Positions 10,353 to 20,305 of a stretch of DNA of 64,000 nt are shown in pieces. The translations under genes and the position numbers were made by a program. Source of the DNA: a virus (Duplodnaviria; Caudoviricetes); IMG/VR virus record IMGVR_UViG_3300028603_000018, positions 160,001-224,000 of that record. The stretch is one strand, 5' to 3'. How positions within the stretch are numbered: position 1 is the stretch's first letter; every line of letters begins with the position of its first letter. The notes beneath the pieces were generated by a model. The model ran no database searches, was not told where the DNA came from, and saw only the letters and a program-made list of their open reading frames with translations.

Positions 10353-10539
10353 ATGAGAAGCATTCTTACTGAAGATTACAGCAATACTCACTTTGGCTGG
10401 GTTTGAGCGATACCACGCACCACACCCAGTGATTATTTCTCATGTTCAAAAATGGATTATGAAGTTCGATGACTGGAATCCAGATGATTGCCTCTATACT
10501 TTTATTGAAAATATTATCGACGAAGGTGATCAGAAGTAA
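10353..10539 (+). pseudogene. Frameshifted small gene (or 17-aa peptide)
   Basis: AAGGA SD and ATG at 10353 give 17 aa; the +1 frame from 10357 is open for 60 codons to TAA 10539, just before a hairpin and T-tract. Confidence 0.35.
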
Positions 10540-10729
10540 TTAAAGAGAGGATAGTCTATTACAGATTATCCTCTTCTACTTCTCTTTCTTTTTTTTTTTC
10601 TTTTGTTATAGTAAATTTATTCCTATATTTCAACTCTATCATATACAAATTAAATAAAACATACAAACAAATGCTTAAATTCAGATTAAGAAGTAAGGAT
10701 ACTATGATGCTATTAAAGGATTTATAAAC

Positions 10730-11137
10730 ATGGCTAAGAAAATACCTTATGTAGGTGCTAATTCCTATATCAATAATATCGAATTAAAAGCAGATATTGC
10801 AATGGCTAATATCTTAGTATCAGAAGCTTCCCAATCTAATATTTTCAGAAGCTCAGTAACGAGTATTCCAGGCATCTTCTCTGAAGGCAATGGAAACATA
10901 GAACTTACTATTTCTTTACTGAGGTCTAAATTAGAGAATTATTTACTTCGAATTTTTGATGGTGCAGTGGTAGATGTATTTCGCTACGATGGTATAGATG
11001 AAGATGCTAGTAAACAAACTATCATTATTAGAGCAATGATAGTTGATGATGATAAGCAATATAACTTAGAAAAGCTATTAAGAGAAGTTAATGGCAAATA
11101 TACGTATATAACTAACATCAATAACGGGACCGTTTAA
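10730..11137 (+). CDS. Conserved hypothetical protein
   Basis: 135-aa ORF with AAGGA SD, preceded by a late-type TATG at 10703. Confidence 0.7.
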   Translation: MAKKIPYVGANSYINNIELKADIAMANILVSEASQSNIFRSSVTSIPGIFSEGNGNIELTISLLRSKLENYLLRIFDGAVVDVFRYDGIDEDASKQTIIIRAMIVDDDKQYNLEKLLREVNGKYTYITNINNGTV

Positions 11138-11143
11138 TTAGCT

Positions 11144-11431
11144 ATGGAAACGAGCTTTAAGTTTGTATTACTTGATACTAATCACAATACAGAAGAAAGT
11201 GATTGGGGGGCATTATTTACAGTAGAAGTAGAAGGCTTAACTTCCTATACTAACAAGAAAGTTCCAGTTTTATTTAAAAGTACTAGATATCATATCGATG
11301 TATTTAAAGTACATAATAAAGAAATGGAAAAAATCGATCTTAATACCGATTTAGAAGAACGTATTAAAAAACGCTATGAAGAAAGCTATCTATTTGGTAA
11401 AAAAATATTCACCTTAGCTATCTTACGATAA
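11144..11431 (+). CDS. Hypothetical protein
   Basis: 95-aa ORF packed in the operon. Confidence 0.6.
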   Translation: METSFKFVLLDTNHNTEESDWGALFTVEVEGLTSYTNKKVPVLFKSTRYHIDVFKVHNKEMEKIDLNTDLEERIKKRYEESYLFGKKIFTLAILR

Positions 11432-11462
11432 CGTTTAATTAACTATCTTATTATAAAAAGGT

Positions 11463-12146
11463 GTGGTATTGGAACAAGATTACTTAAATAAAGCATCAGA
11501 CTTACTTAACGAAGCGCTCTTGAATAAATCTATTGTAGGTTTAGATTCTATTAAAGAAGTCGTAGATAAAGCTCAAGAATGGCTAGCTGTTCGTATTACA
11601 ACGGATCAATTTGAAGAAGGTTTCTTACCTCTATTTACTGGCGAGACACCAAAGTATCCAGAAGTCAACTTCTATACTTATTCTAATTTTGTAGGAGGTC
11701 CTAACAGAGAACTCATCCTTACAGATAGTACTGGTAAAGATGTTCTTATTGTTCCTCCTTTATTTGATCGTGATAAAATTAAATTCGATCTACCTAGAGA
11801 TCCCCAGAATTCTTTATTTGAATTAATGGGTAGGGTAGGTGAAGTAAGTAGTCGCATCCCTATGCAAGGTAATCGCTTATTCTTAGCGATGACAAGTCGT
11901 AAATGGGATGATATTAAAAATAAAGATATTTATCTTAAAGTTATTCAGGATTGGAATAAAGTCTTTAGCTATTTTGGTAGGGAAGTTATTACTATTGAAG
12001 GACTTTCTAATGAAGAATTAGGTATCCCAAATAACTATAAACCTAAGGTCTTAAATCAGGAACAACCTGTTGAAATAAGAAATAATGTAACTCCTTCATC
12101 TAATAGTAGAGATTTCCTCGATCTTGATGAAGAATATGATAGCTAA
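11463..12146 (+). CDS. Conserved hypothetical protein
   Basis: 227-aa ORF overlapping the start of the next gene. Confidence 0.7.
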   Translation: MVLEQDYLNKASDLLNEALLNKSIVGLDSIKEVVDKAQEWLAVRITTDQFEEGFLPLFTGETPKYPEVNFYTYSNFVGGPNRELILTDSTGKDVLIVPPLFDRDKIKFDLPRDPQNSLFELMGRVGEVSSRIPMQGNRLFLAMTSRKWDDIKNKDIYLKVIQDWNKVFSYFGREVITIEGLSNEELGIPNNYKPKVLNQEQPVEIRNNVTPSSNSRDFLDLDEEYDS

Positions 12147-13263
12147 AGAAAAGTTAAATGCTTTCGTCATTTCTGACATTCATTTCGGTAATACTAGAAT
12201 TGATAATCAAAGAATGGCTAAAGCACTTAGAGATGTATTAAGTGATAAAAATCCTAAATTCCAATATATCAACGCTATCTTTTTCGCAGGAGATATTTGG
12301 GATAAGTTATTATCACTTAATAACCCTGACTTACCAGAGATATTTAATAAGTTCTTAGCGATCTTTAGAGATTGTAAAAAGAAAAATATTTCGGTATTTA
12401 TTTTAGAGGGAACTAAGAGTCATGAATGGGCGCAGTCCAATGTCTTAGATTCCCTCAATACTTCTAGTGGTATTTGTGCACAAATAAAATATATCAAAGA
12501 GCTGATTGTCTGGTATGAAGAGAGATTCCAAAAGAATTTTCTCTTCATACCGGATGATCTACATCATGATCATTCAATCGTCCTTGCACAAGCCTTAGAA
12601 GCTTTAAAAGAGAAAGGATTGGATTGTGTAGATTTAGCCATTACTCACGGAATGTTTAAGCATCACGTACCAGCAGGACTATCGATTCCCCACCACGATA
12701 ATAGCTCTTATGAAGTTATTGTTAAGGACGGTATTTTTAACGGTCATGTCCATACTCATAGTGAAGTAGGTAAGGTATATACTCAAGGCTCTTTTGGTCG
12801 TATTAGTCATAATGAAGAAGAAGCTAAAGGGTATTATCATTTCTGGTACGATGAAAATGATGTATTTCATAAAACATTTATTGAAAATACTTTAGCTGAA
12901 CTATTCATTACTGTCGATTGTACTGGTTTAAATGCTGAAGATTCTTTTAAGAAAGTCAAAGCTCTAATAGCTGAGAAAGGCGAAGACATGACTATTCGTA
13001 TTATGAGTGAAGGGACTAACCCCATTTTCTCTAATATGAGTGAGTTAATTAAGAGTTTTCCTTTTACCCGTTTTTCTGAACCTAAGAAGGTAAAAGAAGA
13101 AGTGGATAAAGAAACTAAGGCAGTTGATATAAAGAACTTCACACCAATTGTTATCAATAGAGAAAATATTGGTCAGCTAGTACTAGAGAGAGCAGATAAA
13201 AAAGAAGATCTCGCTCAAGATGTAAGGGCTGCACTCATTGATGCTATTGAAGCGTTGAGGTAA
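12136..13263 (+). CDS. SbcD/Mre11-like metallophosphoesterase nuclease
   Basis: Motifs SDIHFG, AGDIWD, GTKSHE, THG, GHVH, QGS. Confidence 0.85.
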   Translation: MIAKEKLNAFVISDIHFGNTRIDNQRMAKALRDVLSDKNPKFQYINAIFFAGDIWDKLLSLNNPDLPEIFNKFLAIFRDCKKKNISVFILEGTKSHEWAQSNVLDSLNTSSGICAQIKYIKELIVWYEERFQKNFLFIPDDLHHDHSIVLAQALEALKEKGLDCVDLAITHGMFKHHVPAGLSIPHHDNSSYEVIVKDGIFNGHVHTHSEVGKVYTQGSFGRISHNEEEAKGYYHFWYDENDVFHKTFIENTLAELFITVDCTGLNAEDSFKKVKALIAEKGEDMTIRIMSEGTNPIFSNMSELIKSFPFTRFSEPKKVKEEVDKETKAVDIKNFTPIVINRENIGQLVLERADKKEDLAQDVRAALIDAIEALR

Positions 13264-13268
13264 TTACA

Positions 13269-14114
13269 ATGAGAGTATTGACCGATAGAGTTGTTAACTA
13301 CTTCCCTATGTCAGTAGCTACAAGCTTAGCTATCGAAGGTTTAGTAGGAGTAGGGTTGGATGGGAATGGTAGTGTTAAAAAAACACCTAACAGAACTAAA
13401 GAGTTTGAAAAGGTTTGGATTAATGTCCGTACATTAATCAGAAACGTTATAGGTAGTGTGTCAGATAGAAGTATTGAAAGTATCAGACCTGACCATATAG
13501 CGTTTACGGTTATGGAAGATATTGGTGCAATTGAAGAAGCGTTAAAAGTATACGGACCTCATCTAAAATTACAACTCTATTATTGCGAGTATAGATTTAT
13601 ACAAAGAAGCTTTCCTAACGCATTATTAAGAGAACCTAGTACTGTAAAACAAAAGACGTATAATGAAGTATCAGAGAGAGCTTGGAACTTCACTAGAACG
13701 CTTATACAAGACTCTGAGTACGCTTTTAAGAACTATATGAAGACAATAGAAGGTAACTACATGGAGAAAGTGTTAATGCTATCACACTTTCCTATTGATT
13801 TACTTTCTTATAAACAATTCAGGGAACTGAGTTTATTAGAGTCTCATACAGGTGCAATTAAAACAAGACCGTATTGGTATACAAAACTCTATAACGGAAA
13901 AGATCTTTCTATTATCCCTTTTAATGAACTCACATTACAAGTCTATGGAGACAATGAAACCTTTAGACCTACATCCATAAAGCTAAGACGACTACTTACG
14001 GATATAGCCATTAGTAATAAATGGTCCTACTTAACGACAGTAGATAAGATCCGATATAATTTAAATAGTATTAAAGACCCAGTGTCTAAAGAAGAATTGA
14101 AAAAGTATCTGTAA
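13269..14114 (+). CDS. Conserved jumbo-phage protein (phiKZ gp66-like)
   Basis: 281 aa with WINVRTLIRN and LLESHTG motifs; lies between the SbcD-like and ChmC-like genes. Confidence 0.6.
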   Translation: MRVLTDRVVNYFPMSVATSLAIEGLVGVGLDGNGSVKKTPNRTKEFEKVWINVRTLIRNVIGSVSDRSIESIRPDHIAFTVMEDIGAIEEALKVYGPHLKLQLYYCEYRFIQRSFPNALLREPSTVKQKTYNEVSERAWNFTRTLIQDSEYAFKNYMKTIEGNYMEKVLMLSHFPIDLLSYKQFRELSLLESHTGAIKTRPYWYTKLYNGKDLSIIPFNELTLQVYGDNETFRPTSIKLRRLLTDIAISNKWSYLTTVDKIRYNLNSIKDPVSKEELKKYL

Positions 14115-14190
14115 AATATTACTTTTTAAGCAACTCTTCTATAATTTGTGAAATATTGTTATCCTAAAAGAAAAAGGGAATAAAGTTAAA

Positions 14191-14952
14191 ATGAGTAACT
14201 ATCAAAACAACCAGCAAGAATACCAGCACACTATTTTAGACGCTCGTTATTCCAGTATGAGTGCACCTAGTACTGAGCAAGGTAAATGGGCAGCAATTAA
14301 ATGGTCTGTGAACAAAGGTGAAGTCCGTATGACGGTCTTTACTAATGATGCTGGTGATACTGCCAATAACCCAGCAGAAAAAGGACGTATTCAAGCTACT
14401 CTAACTCCTCGTCAATTCGGTTGGTTTACTGGAGCAATTGAAGAAGCTATTAACGCTACAAGTGAATATACTGCTATGTATACGCATGAGGACTATAAAT
14501 TCTTTGGTCCTGGTAAACGTTCTGAAACTCCTCTTCCTATCTGGTCTCTTATTGTAAAACGCGCTGAAGATGGTAAGATCTCATTCATGCTTTTAGATGC
14601 AGGTAAGAAAGACCGTCCACGAATTCCTTTTACGTTTGAGCCAGCTCGTGGTGGTAAGATGTTAATTAAGATTAACGGTGAGATGGTAGATAACCCAGGT
14701 GAGGTTTCTAAAACATTTGCTCGCGGTTTCTTAAATACTACTGTTCCGATGATTAATAAACTTTGTGTTGATAATTACGTTCACAAGCAGCCTAATAACA
14801 ATAACAATAATAATCGCGGTGGTGGAAATAATAATTATCGTAACAATAATAATAATAATAATAACTACTCAGGTGGTAATCAGAATCAAGGAGGCGGTAG
14901 CAGCTATCAAGCACCTGCCAGCAGCAATTTTGATGATGATATCCCTTTCTGA
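14191..14952 (+). CDS. chmC: ChmC-like nucleus-associated single-stranded nucleic-acid-binding protein (phiKZ gp67-like)
   Basis: 253 aa; folded N-terminal domain plus Asn/Gly-rich disordered tail; directly upstream of the gp68-like and PicA-like genes; ends in NFDDDIPF. Confidence 0.65.
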   Translation: MSNYQNNQQEYQHTILDARYSSMSAPSTEQGKWAAIKWSVNKGEVRMTVFTNDAGDTANNPAEKGRIQATLTPRQFGWFTGAIEEAINATSEYTAMYTHEDYKFFGPGKRSETPLPIWSLIVKRAEDGKISFMLLDAGKKDRPRIPFTFEPARGGKMLIKINGEMVDNPGEVSKTFARGFLNTTVPMINKLCVDNYVHKQPNNNNNNNRGGGNNNYRNNNNNNNNYSGGNQNQGGGSSYQAPASSNFDDDIPF

Positions 14953-15030
14953 TAAACAACAATAATAAAGAGGTGGGAGTCCGATTAAGTAGGACTCCCA
15001 TTATGCCTTTAAATCAAGAAAATAACAACT

Positions 15031-15041
15031 ACATATCACCT
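15031..15041 (+). promoter_or_regulatory. Early promoter motif ACATATCACCT
   Basis: Recurrent motif, between a family hairpin (14972-15007) and the gp68-like gene. Confidence 0.55.
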
Positions 15042-15085
15042 AAAAGTACAAGGTATTTTTTCCCTTTCGCTTACTAAGGTTGGAA

Positions 15086-16720
15086 ATGGATATAAAAGAA
15101 AAGAGTTTGAGAATTATACAAAAGAGTCCTACTACAGTCAGTACTTATTTCAATGATAAAGAGCTGATATGGGATGTCTCTGTATTTAACAATACTTCTC
15201 ATCGGAATAACGAGTTTGATATCTTCGAGCAGATTAATCAATATTGGTTAACTAAACCTATCTCTTTTCAAGAAGAGGTATTTAAGTATTACGAGAAGAT
15301 TCATTCTGTATTTCAATTTGGAGGTACAATTGAGGACCTAACGCTTGAACTCGGTCCTTATATGAAGGGTATTATTAAACTTCATAATCCTGATGAGATT
15401 GCAGTCTGGTCACAAATTAGTGCAAGACTTTATGTTTCGTCTTCATTGATGTCCGAATACGCAGATAACGGAAATGAAGGCGCATCTCGCTTCGTGCAGG
15501 TTGGAACGCGTAATAAGACTTATCTGAAAAGAGATTATACCAAACTTCTAGGTTTAGCTATCTCTATCCGTGCTCTAGTACCTATCTTTGGAGAATTTAT
15601 TTTCCAAACTGGTGCATCAGCAGGTGTTAACTTCAAAGAGTATCGTGCTGGTAAACTATTAGAAGGTACGACTTTAGAGACATGCGAGGCTTATGAAAAA
15701 CTAAGGTTGTATGTCAATGACATTGCAGGTACAGATAAGCAAAAGAGTTCACCTATTCTAGACGGTATCAGTAGTGAAGAATTCCCGGTATGGATTCTTT
15801 ACATGATCATCATTCGTCGTTTAACAGTAGGTAATTTAAAAGGTGATCCAAACCAACCTAACTCTCATCTAGTTACTTATATCCATTTTTACTTGAATCA
15901 AAGATTACTAGGATATGAGAATAACTTCTCCTCAGGTAAGGTTAGGGATAAAGATGTAGGATCAGCTAACGCAGACGATGAGTCTAAGCTCTCTGTTTTA
16001 GAGACTTATAAAACACCGACAGAGCATAGTCCGGGTGATTATGAGCAAATGGCGTTTTATGCAAACAACATTGAATGGTGTATTAATACCTTGTGTCCTG
16101 GTCTAGACATGAAGATTTATGAGCAAGCAAAAGAAGCTAGTGCATTTATGCTAGGACCTGTTCCTTTCTATAAGGCACAAAGCGTCATTGTTCAGAATCT
16201 AATTGGACCTTATCTAGCACCAGATGTATTAGAACATATTCAAAGGATTCCTAGTTTGGGTCTTTATAATGTTGTTCAAGCAATGTTGTGGCAGTACGGA
16301 TATAAAGACCTTGCGTCTTTTATTACAACCACTACAAAGCAAGAGCATGAAGGGTTAAGTGGTTCTACACATACAGCTAGGATGAACATCCCACGAGTAA
16401 TGAGCGATATGATTCGAGATCTATATCCTCATTTAAAGAGAACCAGTTCTCGAAGTGTTAATAGTAAGATTGAACCTACACCTCTTACAACAATTAAGAA
16501 TATTGTTGAACACATGAGTGTGGGTAATTGGAGGAGTAATATCCATGAAGCTTGGTTAAATGAACTAGATTTAAGCGCCATCTCACCTTCAAGACGCCGA
16601 GATTGGAGAATACCTCCTGACATTAGAATTCAGTTAGCTAAACTGTTTATTCAAATTGGGATGTTTGAAGTGCCTTTCCATCCCGACAACGTCAAGAAAT
16701 TCCAACAGCTCTCGTTTTAA
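15086..16720 (+). CDS. nvRNAP promoter-specificity (sigma-like) subunit, phiKZ gp68-like
   Basis: ~544 aa at the conserved position between ChmC-like and PicA-like genes; size matches; synteny-based. Confidence 0.65.
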   Translation: MDIKEKSLRIIQKSPTTVSTYFNDKELIWDVSVFNNTSHRNNEFDIFEQINQYWLTKPISFQEEVFKYYEKIHSVFQFGGTIEDLTLELGPYMKGIIKLHNPDEIAVWSQISARLYVSSSLMSEYADNGNEGASRFVQVGTRNKTYLKRDYTKLLGLAISIRALVPIFGEFIFQTGASAGVNFKEYRAGKLLEGTTLETCEAYEKLRLYVNDIAGTDKQKSSPILDGISSEEFPVWILYMIIIRRLTVGNLKGDPNQPNSHLVTYIHFYLNQRLLGYENNFSSGKVRDKDVGSANADDESKLSVLETYKTPTEHSPGDYEQMAFYANNIEWCINTLCPGLDMKIYEQAKEASAFMLGPVPFYKAQSVIVQNLIGPYLAPDVLEHIQRIPSLGLYNVVQAMLWQYGYKDLASFITTTTKQEHEGLSGSTHTARMNIPRVMSDMIRDLYPHLKRTSSRSVNSKIEPTPLTTIKNIVEHMSVGNWRSNIHEAWLNELDLSAISPSRRRDWRIPPDIRIQLAKLFIQIGMFEVPFHPDNVKKFQQLSF

Positions 16721-16765
16721 CATCCCAACGTAAAAAACCAACCCTATTCTCTCTGGAGTTTATCA

Positions 16766-18289
16766 ATGTATCAAAATAACCCACGCTGTCGTATTCTTCG
16801 TTTAGTGATGGCTCGTACTAATGGTTATCAGCCACAGTATATTCGTCCCTATGCGATGACTACGGAGACTTATAAGCGTAATGAGATTTTGAATCGTCTA
16901 GACCCAAACCGACCCATCAGCCCAACGACATTAGGTGGTGAAGTATCTGGTCTCATCAAACCCAGTATTAACATTGACGACACTTTAATGCTAGACCTCC
17001 CAGCAGGTTGGGGATCAGAGCGTCTTCGTTGGATTATGACAATTGAAATCCAGCACATGGGCGCAACTATCATTCAGTACTTAACAGGATATACTGATCA
17101 CGTAGGTGTATCACTACAAACTCAATCCATCGATCCTAACTTACGTTTCTTTATTAATAATAGCTTCCAGTTTCGTGTAGATTCTGAACTGCAAAACGGT
17201 GTACCGATTCGTCGCCTCGTGCCAACACGCTTAAACCAAGTTCTAACTAATCTAAACTATAGCAGAAATCAATTAATGAATTCCGCTTTAGTTCGTCCTC
17301 AAGATGTACTAAACTTTGTTGGAACGGCTTCTATTCGGGATCAGATCTATAGCCAAAACATTGCTTATGAAACAGCAACACTAACTAACCGGGCTACATT
17401 AGGAAATATTTCTAATATTAATCCCACAGCTTTTACTGCTCGAATCCTCGATGCACAACGTCGTGCTTTTGTGGATGGGAATCAATACGGTCAGTCCAAT
17501 GATTCAATTATTGAACGTGCTATTGATTTCGTTCGTGAAGATTCTCAGCGTAATGATCCTTTCCTAAACGTTCTTCTTTCTAGCTCATCTGAATCACTAA
17601 TTGGAAATGATTTCACTTGGTCTACGCTAAACAACATTGATCCAAACGTAAACAATGAACAGATTACGCAATTGATCATGAAAGATAGTGCTTCCCCAAC
17701 AATGGCTATGAATGCCAGTAACATGGGACTAGCGTATTTAGATTCTACTAATTCCTCTCGTTGGGATGAATGTAATTATCTTCAACAAGCAGCTACTATT
17801 ATTCGAGACTCAACAAACTCTTTGATGGCTGAGACGATGTTTAACTCTATCGCCTTCTCTGTAACTAATGAGTCAGGTCAATTCACGTATTCGTATTCAG
17901 GCGGAACTTTGTTTGTACCAGATGTTGACCCAAGTCCTTTCTTTTATCGATTCATTGAAAGGCTGATTAACGAAGCAGTTATGGATATCTCCTTTAACAA
18001 TAATACGCGACTTGAACTCCATGTCATCAGTGAATTTGTTGGTGATACCAAGATTCAATTAAAGGTTGGTGATCAATATGGTGAGTTCGTAGCTCCTACT
18101 TTTTGCTCCAGTCTGACAGCTCCTGTCATTGCAGGATCTCAAGGAACTGCTCAGCTCTTAGCAGATAATATTGGTAACATTGTTAATGAGGTGTATGATA
18201 ACTTCTCTAACAAGATCTCTCATGCTGTTACGAACATCTCTGATAACCCGAGTTATCCAAGTGCTGTCATGGATAATTTCCCTCTGTAA
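16766..18289 (+). CDS. picA: Nuclear import factor PicA/Imp1 (phiKZ gp69-like)
   Basis: 507 aa; conserved position; motifs TNGYQPQYIRPY, LTGYTD, VRPQDV, APTFCSSL resemble the family as I recall it. Confidence 0.65.
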   Translation: MYQNNPRCRILRLVMARTNGYQPQYIRPYAMTTETYKRNEILNRLDPNRPISPTTLGGEVSGLIKPSINIDDTLMLDLPAGWGSERLRWIMTIEIQHMGATIIQYLTGYTDHVGVSLQTQSIDPNLRFFINNSFQFRVDSELQNGVPIRRLVPTRLNQVLTNLNYSRNQLMNSALVRPQDVLNFVGTASIRDQIYSQNIAYETATLTNRATLGNISNINPTAFTARILDAQRRAFVDGNQYGQSNDSIIERAIDFVREDSQRNDPFLNVLLSSSSESLIGNDFTWSTLNNIDPNVNNEQITQLIMKDSASPTMAMNASNMGLAYLDSTNSSRWDECNYLQQAATIIRDSTNSLMAETMFNSIAFSVTNESGQFTYSYSGGTLFVPDVDPSPFFYRFIERLINEAVMDISFNNNTRLELHVISEFVGDTKIQLKVGDQYGEFVAPTFCSSLTAPVIAGSQGTAQLLADNIGNIVNEVYDNFSNKISHAVTNISDNPSYPSAVMDNFPL

Positions 18290-18304
18290 TAAGCGAATGA
18301 AAAA

Positions 18305-19765
18305 ATGGAAAATAAACTAGATCTACTTACTTGGTATAAAGAAGTTTTAAAAACTGCTGATGCTTATACTGACGAAAAAGATCATATCTTTCTCATCCCA
18401 GGAGAAAATACCGTACCAGCAATGGTCAAAGAAGGTGATGTTGAAAAACAACTAGCACTACCTTCTAAAGAGGTGTTATCTAATTACTATAGTAGCACCA
18501 TTCGCTTTCACCCCCTAGCTGAGGATTTCACACGAGGACCTAGTGTTGTTGTAGAGAATTATAAGAACTGGGCATTAGGACATATGACTATCACCATGGT
18601 AGTCGCTTTCATTGCCCTGCTAGAGTTATCAGCATCACCTCAACTCCACGCTAAACTCGATCCAGTTCAGAGTGAGTTATTGAAAGTAGCTAAAAATGCT
18701 AAACAGGGTACGATTGATGTATTTAAGAAAATTATTGGTAGGATTGAAGATGAAGATAATGAACTTCAATTCATCCGTATTTTCTTAAAGAAATCAGCCC
18801 GTATTAATGATAAAGCACATCAATGGGGGGGAATGGTAACTTTTCCTTTCTATGAGTACTTAAAGACAAACCCAAAGAAAATCAAATCCGTTCCTCTAAG
18901 TAATGAGAACCGACTGACTTTCATGTCTATCTTCGAGTATTTATTCCCTTTCATTAATGAGGCGCATAAATACAGCTATGGTTCTAACTCTAACTTAGCA
19001 CCTAAATTTGAATCTATCTTAGGTGCTATTAAGAATGTGGCAATTGAAATCAATACACTCATTCAAGAGTTAGGTGATCAAAATCAAGGTATTGAGGAAA
19101 TTGAATTAGGCTGGGTAGATTACTTAGGTAAGACTGATGTATTCTTGCCTGAAGTTCGTTTTATTCCAATGCAACCTGGTAATGAAGGAAAGGAGAATAA
19201 GTTAGATAAAGGATTTATTAGCTTAAACCCAAATCAAACTCAAGCTACCTCTACTCCAACTCAACCTAGTACTAATGAGTCTATGCAACAATCACACACT
19301 CAACCTTCTGTTATTGACCCACTTCCTCAAGCGCAGTCTACGCAACCACAACAACCTCAAGTAGCTCAACAGGTTAAAAAGGCTGCGACTTTAGCTGATA
19401 TCTTAGGTGCCAATGCAGCTCCACAAATGGTTGGAGGGATGGTAGCTGGTAATCAGACAATGATGGTTAATCCAGCTACAGGACAAGTCATGGGAACTCC
19501 CTCCATGATGCCAGCTCCTATGCAGCAACAAATGCAGCAACATCAAATGAACTATATTCAAACCCTTAATACCCCCCAAGGACCGATGGTGTTGTTTAAT
19601 AACGCTTATATTCCTTTACAACAATATCAGATGATGTTACAATCTAATACGGGGATGCAACAACCAGGTATGATGGGTGCTCGCTATGATGTACTGAGTC
19701 CTATTGGCCGGCCTAGCGCTGCTAATAGCGGAGGTATGATTAACGGGTATACGGTTCGTATTTAA
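18305..19765 (+). CDS. Conserved nucleus-block protein (phiKZ gp70-like) with Q/M/P-rich disordered C-terminus
   Basis: 486 aa with FHPLAE motif; lies between PicA-like and nvRNAP beta genes. Confidence 0.65.
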   Translation: MENKLDLLTWYKEVLKTADAYTDEKDHIFLIPGENTVPAMVKEGDVEKQLALPSKEVLSNYYSSTIRFHPLAEDFTRGPSVVVENYKNWALGHMTITMVVAFIALLELSASPQLHAKLDPVQSELLKVAKNAKQGTIDVFKKIIGRIEDEDNELQFIRIFLKKSARINDKAHQWGGMVTFPFYEYLKTNPKKIKSVPLSNENRLTFMSIFEYLFPFINEAHKYSYGSNSNLAPKFESILGAIKNVAIEINTLIQELGDQNQGIEEIELGWVDYLGKTDVFLPEVRFIPMQPGNEGKENKLDKGFISLNPNQTQATSTPTQPSTNESMQQSHTQPSVIDPLPQAQSTQPQQPQVAQQVKKAATLADILGANAAPQMVGGMVAGNQTMMVNPATGQVMGTPSMMPAPMQQQMQQHQMNYIQTLNTPQGPMVLFNNAYIPLQQYQMMLQSNTGMQQPGMMGARYDVLSPIGRPSAANSGGMINGYTVRI

Positions 19766-19770
19766 TAACA

Positions 19771-19806
19771 GCATAAATAGGGAGTCCGTTTGGACTCCCT
19801 ATTTTA
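19771..19806. terminator. Bidirectional hairpin between convergent genes
   Basis: AAATAGGGAGTCC-GTTT-GGACTCCCTATTT. Confidence 0.7.
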
Positions 19807-19813
19807 AAGGCTG

Positions 19814-20197
19814 TTATTTTTTTACTTGCTTTTGTAGTAGAGTTTTAATCTGACTCAATACAGAACCGTAATATTCTTTACCAATCAAGTAAATAGTAGT
19901 CTCAGTACCTAAGAAATCTACTGGATTGTTTAAATGGTTCATCCTTAAATTAACCCAATCGTGGTCAGGGGATTCATTCATAAACCTCATTAGGCCGTAA
20001 AAATCCCCTTCATAACGAATAGATTCACCAGCTTCAATTTCTACAGTCCTAGCTCCATTATCAGGTAATAAGAAAAATGGCATGTGGTATTCTAACATTA
20101 CTCTCACATCCGCTCTATCAGCTAATGAGAGATGTTGTTGAATCATTAAAGGTTCTAGTTCAGTAGGTGTTGTTAAATCTAATACTGTTTCAGTCAT
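19814..20197 (-). CDS. Conserved hypothetical protein
   Basis: 127-aa ORF (YEGDFYGL...WVNLRMN) antiparallel to the block. Confidence 0.7.
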   Translation of the reverse strand: MTETVLDLTTPTELEPLMIQQHLSLADRADVRVMLEYHMPFFLLPDNGARTVEIEAGESIRYEGDFYGLMRFMNESPDHDWVNLRMNHLNNPVDFLGTETTIYLIGKEYYGSVLSQIKTLLQKQVKK

Positions 20198-20305
20198 AGC
20201 GTATTTTTCAAGATAGATTTTTACAATAACATATTATCAATTAGTAGCTGTTAAATTACAGCTAAAAACTTACTCCTTCTTTTACTCAATTAAGAGGATG
20301 TGTTA

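Noticed and set aside
14795-14866. AAT/AAC microsatellite and overlapping Ile- or Tyr-rich ORFs
   Set aside because: Explained by poly-Asn coding in the ChmC-like gene.
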